Below, one piece after another: positions 20,194-29,588 of a stretch of 64,000 nucleotides of DNA. The notes under the pieces are model-generated. The model did no database searches, was not told the origin of the DNA, and worked only from the letters and a program-made list of their open reading frames with translations. A program made the position numbers and the translations under genes. How positions within the stretch are numbered: position 1 is the stretch's first letter; each line of letters opens with the position of its first letter. The stretch is from Patescibacteria group bacterium (GTDB lineage: Bacteria > Patescibacteriota > Microgenomatia > Levybacterales > UBA12049): contig JBBTVD010000011.1 of assembly GCA_038063415.1 (NCBI GenBank), forward strand, positions 779 through 64,778, given 5' to 3'.

Positions 20194-21374
20194 ACTTTTT
20201 TTTGCTTTACCTTGGCAGACACAAACGCTTGTATTTGCTTCATAAAGCGTTCTTTTGAAAACTTCTCTGCTTGTTTTTTACACTCCACTTGCATTTTGTC
20301 ATGCTGAACTTGTTTGCGCATCTCAAACCTTTTAATTGCCCGAGACAACCCTTCAGCAGTAAGCTTGTCAAAAAAGATTCCCGTCTTCCCATCGATAACG
20401 GTTTCTTTTACACCGCCCCCCCCGTAGGCAATCACGGGTATCCCACAAGCCATTGCCTCAACTGGTGTAATCCCAAAATCCTCATCGGCAGCAGCAAAAA
20501 GGAATGCCTTGGCACCCTGCATTAGACGCAATTTTTCTTCTTCGTTTACTTCGCCAACAAACGCAACCGTCTTCCCCGCCAACGACTGTAACTCTTCTCC
20601 ATAGCCAGCAAAGGATTTACCAAAAACTTTCAATGGCACACCAAGATCGGTACACGCCTGGACAATCAGATCAAAATGCTTCGCACGAGCCAAGCGACCA
20701 CCAGCAAGATAGTATGCTTTTGACTTGTCATTCCGGGCTTGACCCGGAATCCATTCCATTCTAGATTCCCGCCTTCGCGGGAATGACAATAAAGAAATGT
20801 CCACTGGAGGGTAAATCACGGTCGAATCCCTTCGATAAAACTTCCTAATTCTCCCCGAAACCTCTTGTGAATTGGCAATAAACCAGTCAACCTGTTGTGC
20901 TATCCGAAAATCACTCAGTCGCAGGAAATGATTTGCTATCGTAGCAAACGCTGCTACGAGCTTATGCTTCTTCCAGCTACGTGCGGTTGCATACCCATAG
21001 AGATATCGAGGTGGTGTATGACAGTAGCAAATATGCACTTCCTTCCCCTTACGAATCGCGTTTGGAAAAAAGGCGCCGGTTGCTGAGACAATAACCACAT
21101 CATACGAAGAGAAATCAAATTGCCCAAAAACAGAAGCTGAAATGACTCGAAAAGGGCTTAGGAGTTTGTAGTTAAATGGCACATGTTGGAACCAAGTTGT
21201 CTTAATCTTCCACCCTGAGAAACGCTTTCTATGTGGGCCAAGGAACTTGGGTAAATAGACAGATGTATACACATCCGCATCTGGATAGATCTCGTGCAAA
21301 GCCTCAAGCACCCGTTCTGCACCCCCATACTCTTTGATGTAATCATGGACTAACGCAACCTTTATCTTTTTCAT
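20190..21374 (-). CDS. Glycosyltransferase family 4
   Basis: GGAERV, YCHTPPRYLY, EDFGITPVEAMACG. Confidence 0.93.
   Translation of the reverse strand: MKKIKVALVHDYIKEYGGAERVLEALHEIYPDADVYTSVYLPKFLGPHRKRFSGWKIKTTWFQHVPFNYKLLSPFRVISASVFGQFDFSSYDVVIVSATGAFFPNAIRKGKEVHICYCHTPPRYLYGYATARSWKKHKLVAAFATIANHFLRLSDFRIAQQVDWFIANSQEVSGRIRKFYRRDSTVIYPPVDISLLSFPRRRESRMEWIPGQARNDKSKAYYLAGGRLARAKHFDLIVQACTDLGVPLKVFGKSFAGYGEELQSLAGKTVAFVGEVNEEEKLRLMQGAKAFLFAAADEDFGITPVEAMACGIPVIAYGGGGVKETVIDGKTGIFFDKLTAEGLSRAIKRFEMRKQVQHDKMQVECKKQAEKFSKERFMKQIQAFVSAKVKQKKV
20297..20323. repeat. Half family A element inside the glycosyltransferase
   Basis: TGTCATGCTGAACTTGTTTGCGCATCT, translated MRKQVQHD, nearly identical to the nnrD copy. 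Confidence 0.7.
20726..20788. repeat. Family A element inserted in frame in the glycosyltransferase
   Basis: TGTCATTCCGGGCTTGACCCGGAATCC...GATTCCCGCCTTCGCGGGAATGACA, translated LSFPRRRESRMEWIPGQARND. Confidence 0.9.
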
Positions 21375-21409
21375 ATAATCTATTATACTGTATTAAGAAT
21401 CAATCTGTT

Positions 21410-21931
21410 ATGGCTGCTACTGAAAAAGGAGTATTCTCTGAAAAATTTCCAACTCGCCCCCAAGATCCTGCCGAAGGAGTCCGAAGGCAAAAGCTGGAAG
21501 AAGCCTATTCTCAGGTAGATACGTTCCTTAACGAAGCGACCATAGATTCTCCTCACATAAACGTAGCCATGAGTCTTATGACTGAACTAGTCGAAGAAGC
21601 AACAATGGCCAATCTTCAACGGTTTGAATCGGGTATAGACGAGACAGGAGTCCTTGCCAGCATACAACTGAGCCCACAAAGAATGCCAGAAGAAACTAAA
21701 AAACCAGAAAATCTTCTCGCTAGAAGATTTTATGCTATTATCGCTACAGTTGAGTCACCTGAACTCGCACTTTATCGCACAGATCATACTGCAGGAGATA
21801 GAATCCTTCAAGTATTAGCAGGACGAAAACGCATTGCTGCAAAAATTGGTGAAAGGGGGGGGAATATTTTAATTACAGCTGGAAAGCTATTCTCAAAATT
21901 ACCTCCTAAAAAATCCCAACCAAGCTCATAA
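21410..21931 (+). CDS. Hypothetical protein
   Basis: 173-aa ORF on the opposite strand, filling the gap between housekeeping genes. Confidence 0.7.
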   Translation: MAATEKGVFSEKFPTRPQDPAEGVRRQKLEEAYSQVDTFLNEATIDSPHINVAMSLMTELVEEATMANLQRFESGIDETGVLASIQLSPQRMPEETKKPENLLARRFYAIIATVESPELALYRTDHTAGDRILQVLAGRKRIAAKIGERGGNILITAGKLFSKLPPKKSQPSS

Positions 21932-22556
21932 AAACCTCATCAGCACCTGCCTCTGTGAGCTCTTTTCTGATCTTTTCGTCCTTGTTTACCCCATAGACAA
22001 GCATGCCAGCAGCCTTTCCTGCTTTGACACCATTTACTGAATCTTCAAGTACGAGGCATGCCTCAGGCTGTTTTTGCAGCTTTTGTGCAGTTATGAGAAA
22101 AACGTCCGGGTGAGGCTTCCCTCGATGGACTTCATCACAGGACACAATCAACGGAAAATACTCTTGCAAATGAAACGTCTCAAGCATTTTGACCATACTC
22201 TCTTTGGTATGACCTCCCGTCGCAATCGCTAAAGGAAGCTGGCTCCCGGCAAGCAAAACAATAAGATCCTTTGCACCTGGAAGCAATCGCATTGTCCCCG
22301 GGTTAAGAAAGTTGTGATAGAACATATTACGATATTCTTCCAATAAAACAGTGAGGGGTTGTGCAAGATGGTATCGTTCTCGCAGTTCAGTAAAAAAATC
22401 TTTCAACCCAATCCCAGGCCGATCCTCCGTAAGAGCCGCTTTATCCGTGATGTTATGCTTCCTCAAAAACTCTTCATAGGTTTTTTGCCACGAAGGCTCA
22501 GAGTCAATTAAGAGTCCATCGACATCAAAAATAACCGCCTGGATATTATTTTTCAT
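21906..22556 (-). CDS. HAD-family phosphatase
   Basis: FDVDGLLIDSE, GKPHPD, LEDSVNG. Start revised to MKNNIQ after GAGGAGG. Confidence 0.92.
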   Translation of the reverse strand: MKNNIQAVIFDVDGLLIDSEPSWQKTYEEFLRKHNITDKAALTEDRPGIGLKDFFTELRERYHLAQPLTVLLEEYRNMFYHNFLNPGTMRLLPGAKDLIVLLAGSQLPLAIATGGHTKESMVKMLETFHLQEYFPLIVSCDEVHRGKPHPDVFLITAQKLQKQPEACLVLEDSVNGVKAGKAAGMLVYGVNKDEKIRKELTEAGADEVFMSLVGIF

Positions 22557-22607
22557 ATACCTCCTCATGTGTGCCAATATCGACAAATGGAGAGAAATTA
22601 GCTTTCA

Positions 22608-22898
22608 TTATGAAACATGGCAAAAAAATGTTGAAGCGTCAACTGCTTTATCCTTTTCTTCTAATGCCTTTTTCAGCCTTCTCTCGCTTCTTTTTGACAT
22701 CGTTTTTACAGGATATAATTGCCCTTCCAAATTCGCTATTACCTGTTTTGCTGTATGCTTCTCTTCCTTTACTTCCTTCGCGAGTATTTTTTTGACAAAC
22801 TCAGAGACAGACAGACCGAGCTCATCTGCTTTGGCTTTTAGCAAATTGCCAAACTCTTGTGGCACATCAATAGTAAGGTGTATCTGTATAGTTTTCAT
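22608..22898 (-). CDS. Orphan antitoxin-like / ribbon-helix-helix-like protein
   Basis: IHLTIDVPQEFGNLLKAKADELGLSVSEFVKKIL has the RHH pattern. No partner toxin is adjacent. Confidence 0.5.
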   Translation of the reverse strand: MKTIQIHLTIDVPQEFGNLLKAKADELGLSVSEFVKKILAKEVKEEKHTAKQVIANLEGQLYPVKTMSKRSERRLKKALEEKDKAVDASTFFCHVS

Positions 22899-22924
22899 CG
22901 TAAGGTCATTATAACTTTCTCTCG

Positions 22925-22953
22925 TTGACAAGACAAGACAAGACAAGTAATAT
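22925..22953 (+). promoter_or_regulatory. Sigma70 promoter whose spacer is a (GACAA)n repeat
   Basis: TTGACA-17 nt (AGACAAGACAAGACAAG)-TAATAT, 6 nt before ATG 22960. Confidence 0.6.
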
Positions 22954-22959
22954 GGATGT

Positions 22960-23334
22960 ATGGTCGATGGAGCAGAATCACGGGAAACAAATCAAACTCC
23001 TGAAGAAATAGCTACTGAACTCTTACACAAGGCTACATGGGGTTCACCTGCATTATATGCAGCTCAAGATTTTGCCGAGTTTTGTCTTGCTGATGGATAT
23101 GAGCCATCTGTCAGAGAAAAAAAAAGAGAAAAAATCAATGATCGTATAACTGAACATCGATTGGAAAAGCCAGGATATGGGTATACTTTGGCTCAATTTA
23201 ATGCACTATATCCAAACCTCGCTAGAAATAGGACTGCTGTAACTTTTGGTGCAAATTTATATGGGAAAGTACAGGAGATTACTGATAGACCTGCGCCTTC
23301 TCCAGAACCTCCTCCACTATCACAACAACCCTAG
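22960..23334 (+). CDS. Hypothetical protein
   Basis: 124-aa ORF with a promoter directly upstream. Confidence 0.65.
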   Translation: MVDGAESRETNQTPEEIATELLHKATWGSPALYAAQDFAEFCLADGYEPSVREKKREKINDRITEHRLEKPGYGYTLAQFNALYPNLARNRTAVTFGANLYGKVQEITDRPAPSPEPPPLSQQP

Positions 23335-24360
23335 CTGCTCCTGTTCCTTGCCAAACTGCGTATCAAGCCGCTTGAGCAAACTATTGAATTCATGCTCTTT
23401 AAAGGTCTTACGAAGGGCAGCAATATCAAAATCTGCACAGGCACAATCAGCAAGATCAAACTGAATTGGTGCATCAGTGATGATCTGGGCGAGTTTTTTG
23501 GCAAGTGCAGATTGCTCAGCATCAGTTGCTAGCTTCAGCCCAATCTTTTCAGGAAGCTCCCCTATTTTTTCATACAGGTTCTCAAAGGTTTTGAACTCTT
23601 GTAGGAGCTTACTGGCAGTCTTTGGACCAATTCCTGTCACGCCAGGATAACCATCTGATGGGTCGCCAATCAGCGCCTTATAATCGACAAACTGACTCGG
23701 ATGTACCCCATATTTCTCCTCAACTGCCGCTTCATCGTACATAACCGTCTTGGTAATCCCTGTCTGTGGCATCATTACCTTTACCTGAGGGTTCACTAGC
23801 TGTAACAAATCCCGATCCCCTGTCAGAATGACGACCTCTAATTCGTTAGTATGATCGGAGGCTGTATTGCGAGGGGGGGCAGTCGTGGGATTCAATTGAG
23901 AGTGGGTGACGCGACTGGGGTCCCCTGCTCGAGCGCCCGCAGGAAGATCTTCCGAGGACGTCGGAGCGGGGTGAGGAGCGTCAGGACCCGCTGAGACAAC
24001 AGCCTTCGTCGCAATTGTCCCAATCAAATCATCCCCCTCATACCCATCCAACTCAAAAATCTCTACCTTCATCGTCCGCAGCAACTCCCGGATCAGATGC
24101 ATCTGGGAAATTAGATCATCAGGAGGAGGTTGCCTATTCTCGTGATACCCAGCAAAAAGAGTCTGTCTAAAGGTTGGTGCAGCACGATCAAAACAGACAG
24201 CCAGATACTCAGGCTTCTGATCCTCGAGCACAAGAAAAAGCATGGTAAAGAAGCCATAAATAGCGTTTACAAATTCTCCTTTGGGATTGGTGAGTGTCGG
24301 ATAGGCATGATAGGCGCGGTATAAGATAGCGTTACCATCGATAAGAAGAAGCTTCTGCAT
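23320..24360 (-). CDS. Stand-alone 5'-3' exonuclease (Pol I N-terminal/FEN domain)
   Basis: LLIDGNAILYRAYHA, YEGDDLIGT, TGDRDLLQL, LIGDPSDGYPGVTGIGPKTA. Confidence 0.93.
   Translation of the reverse strand: MQKLLLIDGNAILYRAYHAYPTLTNPKGEFVNAIYGFFTMLFLVLEDQKPEYLAVCFDRAAPTFRQTLFAGYHENRQPPPDDLISQMHLIRELLRTMKVEIFELDGYEGDDLIGTIATKAVVSAGPDAPHPAPTSSEDLPAGARAGDPSRVTHSQLNPTTAPPRNTASDHTNELEVVILTGDRDLLQLVNPQVKVMMPQTGITKTVMYDEAAVEEKYGVHPSQFVDYKALIGDPSDGYPGVTGIGPKTASKLLQEFKTFENLYEKIGELPEKIGLKLATDAEQSALAKKLAQIITDAPIQFDLADCACADFDIAALRKTFKEHEFNSLLKRLDTQFGKEQEQLGLL
23901..23992. repeat. Family B element inserted in frame in the 5'-3' exonuclease
   Basis: Highly similar to intergenic 10542-10639. Translated SAGPDAPHPAPTSSEDLPAGARAGDPSRVTH. 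Confidence 0.85.
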
Positions 24361-24378
24361 GAAATTATTATACCAGAG

Positions 24379-26238
24379 CTATGCCTTTACTGTCGCTTTT
24401 GCAAGTTCCTTTTTGGGGCCAATCAATTTTACAAAATCTTCAGAATCAATGGTTTCTTTCTTCAAGAGTTCTTCAGCAAGCACATCAAGCTTCTCTCTCA
24501 GCTTTGTCAAAATAACAATAGCATCTTTGTAGGCTTTTGTTGCAATCTTCTCTACTTGTGTGTCAATCTTGGCGGCCATCTCAGGAGAGATATCAGACTG
24601 CTCGTAGAAATTGCGCTCACCATCAAGATTCATTGGCCCCAGTGGACTCATCCCAAACTTGGTTACCATTGCCCGAGCAACCCGAGTTGCCTTCTCAATA
24701 TCGTCAGATGCACCAGTGGTAATATCATCAAAAATGAGGCTTTCTGCAGCACGACCTCCCATCATAACGGCAATTTGCTCTTCAAGATGTGCTTTGGTTT
24801 CATGTACTCGCTCGATCTGCTCAGTCATAGTGTGTCCAAGAGACATCCCACGGGAAACAATCGAAATACGATGAATTGGCTCAACATGAGGCATTTCCCA
24901 AGCAACCAGCGCATGCCCAGCCTCATGGTAAGCAGTCATTCTTCTATCAAGATCCGTCTGGAGTCGTTTCTTTTCAGGACCCAGCTTCACACGGGTTGCT
25001 GATTCCTCAAGATCAGCCATGTCGATTGCTTTTTTATTTTGTCGTGCGGCGTAAATAGCTGCTTCATTAAGCATATTCTCAAGATCTGCTCCTGAGAAAC
25101 CAACCGTACGCTTCGCAACTTTGTCCCAATCAACACCATGTGTAAAAGGCTTCCCTTTGGCATGAATAGCTAAAATCTTCTTGCGGCCTTCAACATCAGG
25201 AAGCTCTAGCTGTACTCGGCGATCAAAACGGCCTGGACGAACAAGTGCAGGATCAAGTACATCAGGACGATTGGTTGCAGCCATCACAATGACATGCTCA
25301 TTTGGAGTAAACCCATCCATCTCAACAAGGATTTGATTTAATGTTTGTTCACGTTCGTCGTGCCCCCCCATAAGCCCTACTCCCCGCTGACGACCAATCG
25401 CATCAACTTCATCAATAAAGATAATTGCTGGCTGTGCTTTCTTGGCGGTGTTAAAGAGATCTCTTACACGTGATGCTCCGACACCGACAAGCATTTCCAT
25501 AAATTCAGATCCAGCCATTGAGAAGAAAGCGACATTGGCTTCCCCTGCCGTGGCACGAGCAAGAAGGGTTTTCCCTGTACCTGCAGGCCCAATCATCAAT
25601 ACACCTTTTGGTGTACGAGCACCCATTGCTTTATATTTGACCGGATTTTTGAGAAAATCAACAATTTCAGTCAGCTCTTGTTTGGCATCATCAACGCCGG
25701 CTACATTATCAAACGTAACTTTTGGATTATCTTTGTTAAAGAGTTTTGCTCGTGACTGGCCAAAAGAAAAAATACTCTCCTGCGTCCCACGTGCCTGACG
25801 AAAAATGAAGTAGAAAAAGGCAATCATTAGGACTACTGGCAAGATAGTGGAGGTTACATTGATCCAGGTGTTCATCGTAGAACTATCCTTGACCGAGACT
25901 TTTGCATCACCCAGAGAAACGCCAGCGTTCTTAAACAAAGAATACACATCTGACCCTGGTTCTTTTACTGTTTGGAATTTGTTGCCATTTTTATCAAGAA
26001 TGGTAAGCTTGTCTCCATTTACGGTGATTTCAGTGATTTCATTACTTTTTACCTTATCAACTACCTGCGAAAGCGGGAGTGTTGACTGTGATTCATAGGG
26101 TGCAGTGATTGCAGAAACAAGGAATAAGGAAGTAAGAGCCAAAAAGCCGTACAACACGAGTGTTTTCCAGGAAAATTTGGTTTTGATTTTCACGCGTTTT
26201 TTGGAATCTGCAGGGTGTTTTTTGCCATTCGTAGCCAT
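24379..26238 (-). CDS. ftsH: ATP-dependent zinc metalloprotease FtsH
   Basis: Two TM segments, [27 protein letters not shown]. Confidence 0.98.
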   Translation of the reverse strand: MATNGKKHPADSKKRVKIKTKFSWKTLVLYGFLALTSLFLVSAITAPYESQSTLPLSQVVDKVKSNEITEITVNGDKLTILDKNGNKFQTVKEPGSDVYSLFKNAGVSLGDAKVSVKDSSTMNTWINVTSTILPVVLMIAFFYFIFRQARGTQESIFSFGQSRAKLFNKDNPKVTFDNVAGVDDAKQELTEIVDFLKNPVKYKAMGARTPKGVLMIGPAGTGKTLLARATAGEANVAFFSMAGSEFMEMLVGVGASRVRDLFNTAKKAQPAIIFIDEVDAIGRQRGVGLMGGHDEREQTLNQILVEMDGFTPNEHVIVMAATNRPDVLDPALVRPGRFDRRVQLELPDVEGRKKILAIHAKGKPFTHGVDWDKVAKRTVGFSGADLENMLNEAAIYAARQNKKAIDMADLEESATRVKLGPEKKRLQTDLDRRMTAYHEAGHALVAWEMPHVEPIHRISIVSRGMSLGHTMTEQIERVHETKAHLEEQIAVMMGGRAAESLIFDDITTGASDDIEKATRVARAMVTKFGMSPLGPMNLDGERNFYEQSDISPEMAAKIDTQVEKIATKAYKDAIVILTKLREKLDVLAEELLKKETIDSEDFVKLIGPKKELAKATVKA

Positions 26239-26271
26239 AGTGTGATTGTCAGTATAACATAAGTAATGAGG

Positions 26272-27573
26272 CTATGCTAGCCCCATTACTTCTTTTTTAA
26301 ACTGGTCTCCTCGATCTTTATAATTCTTAAAGACACCAAAGCTAGGAGCGGCCGGAGAGAGTAAACAAATCTTTCCAGAATTTGTCTCATCGAGTGCATA
26401 AACAATTGCTTCATGCATCGAGTGAACATCAAGCTTCTTTATTTTCTTTTCTCCTCCAGCAGTCACAATTGCCTCCCAAATCTTTTCTCCTGTAGTCGGA
26501 AAAAGAATAGTCGTTCGTACGCCACTGGTTACGAGGTATTGCCCAAGCTCGTTATAATCTACTCCCCGATCATGTCCTCCAGCAATGAGTGTCTCTACCT
26601 CTCCAGCAAAGGCGTCTAATGCACCAATGGTAGCTTCGGGGACGGTAGCAAGAGAATCGTTATAAAACCTAATACCTTGCTTTTCCCCAACATACTCCAA
26701 ACGGTGCGGTAAGCCATAAAACGTTTTAAGCACTTCTATAATATATTTTGTTGATACTTCAGCAAGTCGTGCAGCCATAATAGCCGCACACACATTTTCA
26801 AGGTTATGCGCTCCAGGCAATGCAACATCTTTGGTTGCAATAATTTCATCTTCAGTCTCATTTTTCTTGACGTAAATGGCTCCACTAAGGGTATAACAAG
26901 CATTGTTTGTTTCACGCTCCCGGCTCACATAAAAAAGCTGCGCATCAGTATAGAGGTCTGATTCATTGGTCACAGGATAATCTCGATTGAGTACCGCAAA
27001 ATCTGTCTGTTTCTGGAAGCGTAAGAGGTTACGTTTGGCCTCAATATAGGACTCAACATTCGGATGGTAATCCAAATGCTCTGAGGTAAGCATGAGCATG
27101 ACTGCAATGTGTGGGCTATATTTTATATCCTGTAATTGAAAGCTTGAAAGTTCAAGCACTGTCCAAGAATGATCAGTTAAAGTGTCCAACACTTCGATTG
27201 CAGGCTTTCCAATGTTTCCTCCAAGATATACCTCTTTTTTATCTTTCTTGAGCATTTCATAGATAAGTGTCGCTGTTGTACTCTTTCCTTTGGTTCCAGT
27301 CACACCAATCGTTTTGCCTTTTGCATTGGCAAAAAAGATATTGGTAGCGGTGGTATATGGGATAGTCACAAGTTCTGGACGAACCCCAGGAGATTTGATA
27401 GCAAGTTCATAATCCTGTTGATCTTCTAGATAATCTTCTCCATCAGAGGCATCAACCACATCGATGATGGCCTCAGGAAAATGTTTTTTGAGAAAAGCAT
27501 GCGTTGCTTTGCCCTCCACTCCGTAGCCAATAATTAGTATCTTTTTGTATTTTTTAAGTTCATTAATCGTCAT
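26272..27573 (-). CDS. murD: Mur ligase MurD (probably MurD2-type, L-Glu-adding)
   Basis: GVTGTKGKSTT, LELSSFQL, EHLDYH, YNDSLAT, LLSPAAPSF..FKNY..RG. N-terminal GYGVEG, and close to murL. Confidence 0.9.
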   Translation of the reverse strand: MTINELKKYKKILIIGYGVEGKATHAFLKKHFPEAIIDVVDASDGEDYLEDQQDYELAIKSPGVRPELVTIPYTTATNIFFANAKGKTIGVTGTKGKSTTATLIYEMLKKDKKEVYLGGNIGKPAIEVLDTLTDHSWTVLELSSFQLQDIKYSPHIAVMLMLTSEHLDYHPNVESYIEAKRNLLRFQKQTDFAVLNRDYPVTNESDLYTDAQLFYVSRERETNNACYTLSGAIYVKKNETEDEIIATKDVALPGAHNLENVCAAIMAARLAEVSTKYIIEVLKTFYGLPHRLEYVGEKQGIRFYNDSLATVPEATIGALDAFAGEVETLIAGGHDRGVDYNELGQYLVTSGVRTTILFPTTGEKIWEAIVTAGGEKKIKKLDVHSMHEAIVYALDETNSGKICLLSPAAPSFGVFKNYKDRGDQFKKEVMGLA

Positions 27574-27639
27574 ATTTCTTACTATGTATTATAACATGAG
27601 ATATAAGGATACATGATACAATTATACATATAGCTAGCT

Positions 27640-29559
27640 ATGAAACTAGAAGCAGGAGGAGAGGGTAGCCCACAACCACAAATAACTAAAGAGACAGAAA
27701 ACTTCGGTCGTGGTGAAATCACCATAATACGAGCCAGGCCAACAGTCAAAAAAGCAGATGCGGATACCGCTCCTCTCTTTTTTGTTCAAGGACATGGACA
27801 AGAGCCAAATCTTGAAAAATATGTGAATCTGTTTTCCAAAACTGGTCGTGAAACTTTTAGCGTTGCCTTCACTGGTCCCAGAAGAGTAAATAGAAAAAGC
27901 TCACGAAATCGAGAAGCCCCTGAGATAAGCGCTAAGGTTCCACCCTATCAAGTAGATAAAGCAGAGGATATGATTGCAGCTATGGATACAGCAGGCATTC
28001 AGCAAGCAGACATCGTCGCTCCATCAGCGGGAGCGATTCCTGCACTGATTGCTCTTGCCAAATACCCAGATAGATTCCGTGATGTCGTTTTTGTCCATCC
28101 CAAACCTGATAATGTTGGTTATATAAAAACGCATCTACAGGTTTTAAAGGCGGGACATTTGTATAGGAAGAGAGTTGGTGGGGCAAAAATGCTGGCTGAT
28201 TTTAGAAAGATGGAGCTTGATAAAAAAGGATTCAGAGAAACCCGCATCGAACAAAAAACAGTCGCGCGTTTTCAATCACTTGCTGACTTGGTCATAGAGT
28301 TACGAGCAACGCAACCTCATTTGCGTTTTGCTCTCGTGGATCACAAAGACGATTATTGGTCTTCAGGAGATGAATTAAAAAAACGACTTGACCCATATCT
28401 TTCTACATTTGTAAGATCAGACTGGGAAGGACATGGTATTGGCCTAAAACAAGAGAGAGTAGACATGCTTGTTGAGCTTCTTGCCAAGATGGAAGAAGAA
28501 AGGGAAACTTCTCAATATTTGCATCCACCTATCCGCTGGCCGCATGAAGAAGGGCGCGGTTTAGCACGTTCGTTCAAAGTTCGTAGGCCAAAGAGGGAAA
28601 AGGGTGTACCATTCCAAATGGAAGCAATGCGCCGTTTAAATGGACCTGAAGCCGAATCCTTAGGGAATAAATTTAACTTTATAGAACTCACTCATAAATT
28701 AGGCTATCGTACTCCTCCTCAAATATTGGTCAATCCAGAGCAAAATCTATCAGATCGTCAAGAACTTGCTAACGAACATTTTAAGGATCCTACAGAAAAG
28801 ATTATTTGCAAACCTTTACATGGTGTTGGTGGATTAAAGATTACTGAATTGACAGCCGCAGATCTCCCTGCCTTTCTTCAGACAGTTACTGCTCCGTATA
28901 TTATTCAAAAGCTTATGCCTATTGAGGCCGAAATTCGCTACGCTCGTGTTGCAGACGAACGAAACCATGTCGTCAGAAGAATCTATGACGAGAAAGAAAT
29001 TCCCAAAGTCGTTGGAGATGGCCGAAGAACGAAAGGGCAATTAATTCGTAGAGGGCAAGTTCCTTGGTATTCAAAAATGATGACGCAGTTATTGAACATA
29101 GGAGACCTACGAACAGTTGTTCCTGAAGGAAGTACAGTTCATTTATCATTTTTTGGCACCCCTTATAAAGCGCCAGATGAACTTGAATGGAATTCGAAGA
29201 AAGAACAACGAGTCAAAAATGTTGATATGTTTATGCAACGATTTGTATCTGACTTTGAAGGAGAGTTACAAACGCCTCTCCCCTATTTATGTTTTGATAT
29301 CGGAATCCTTAGTCCTAAAGAAGTTTTAGATAAACAATATGATTCGTCTGACGACGCATTTACTGCACTAAAAGACATTCTTGTACCATTTGAAGCTCAA
29401 GTGCCTTTTTCTGTATACGGATACGCAAAAAGAAGTACAGCAACAAGGAGAGAAAAATGGAGGATTGTACGTCGAATGATGGGTCCAGGTTTCTTAGGAG
29501 GAAAAAAAGAAGATCTTATTGGTAAAACACCACAAAATGGAAAAAAAGGTATAAAATGA
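27640..29559 (+). CDS. Putative alpha/beta-hydrolase plus ATP-grasp fusion protein
   Basis: N-half: FFVQGHG, APSAG elbow, D...WEGH. C-half: IICKPLHGVGG, YIIQKLMP, EIR, VVGDGRRT, FDIG. Confidence 0.6.
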   Translation: MKLEAGGEGSPQPQITKETENFGRGEITIIRARPTVKKADADTAPLFFVQGHGQEPNLEKYVNLFSKTGRETFSVAFTGPRRVNRKSSRNREAPEISAKVPPYQVDKAEDMIAAMDTAGIQQADIVAPSAGAIPALIALAKYPDRFRDVVFVHPKPDNVGYIKTHLQVLKAGHLYRKRVGGAKMLADFRKMELDKKGFRETRIEQKTVARFQSLADLVIELRATQPHLRFALVDHKDDYWSSGDELKKRLDPYLSTFVRSDWEGHGIGLKQERVDMLVELLAKMEEERETSQYLHPPIRWPHEEGRGLARSFKVRRPKREKGVPFQMEAMRRLNGPEAESLGNKFNFIELTHKLGYRTPPQILVNPEQNLSDRQELANEHFKDPTEKIICKPLHGVGGLKITELTAADLPAFLQTVTAPYIIQKLMPIEAEIRYARVADERNHVVRRIYDEKEIPKVVGDGRRTKGQLIRRGQVPWYSKMMTQLLNIGDLRTVVPEGSTVHLSFFGTPYKAPDELEWNSKKEQRVKNVDMFMQRFVSDFEGELQTPLPYLCFDIGILSPKEVLDKQYDSSDDAFTALKDILVPFEAQVPFSVYGYAKRSTATRREKWRIVRRMMGPGFLGGKKEDLIGKTPQNGKKGIK

Positions 29560-29588
29560 CAAGGGATCGTCTTAATCGTCGCCAGCCC

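Noticed and set aside
23850-24000. Inteins or self-splicing introns explaining the in-frame inserts
   Set aside because: The inserts are only 20-50 aa, lack C/S...HN intein termini, and are too short for group I/II introns.
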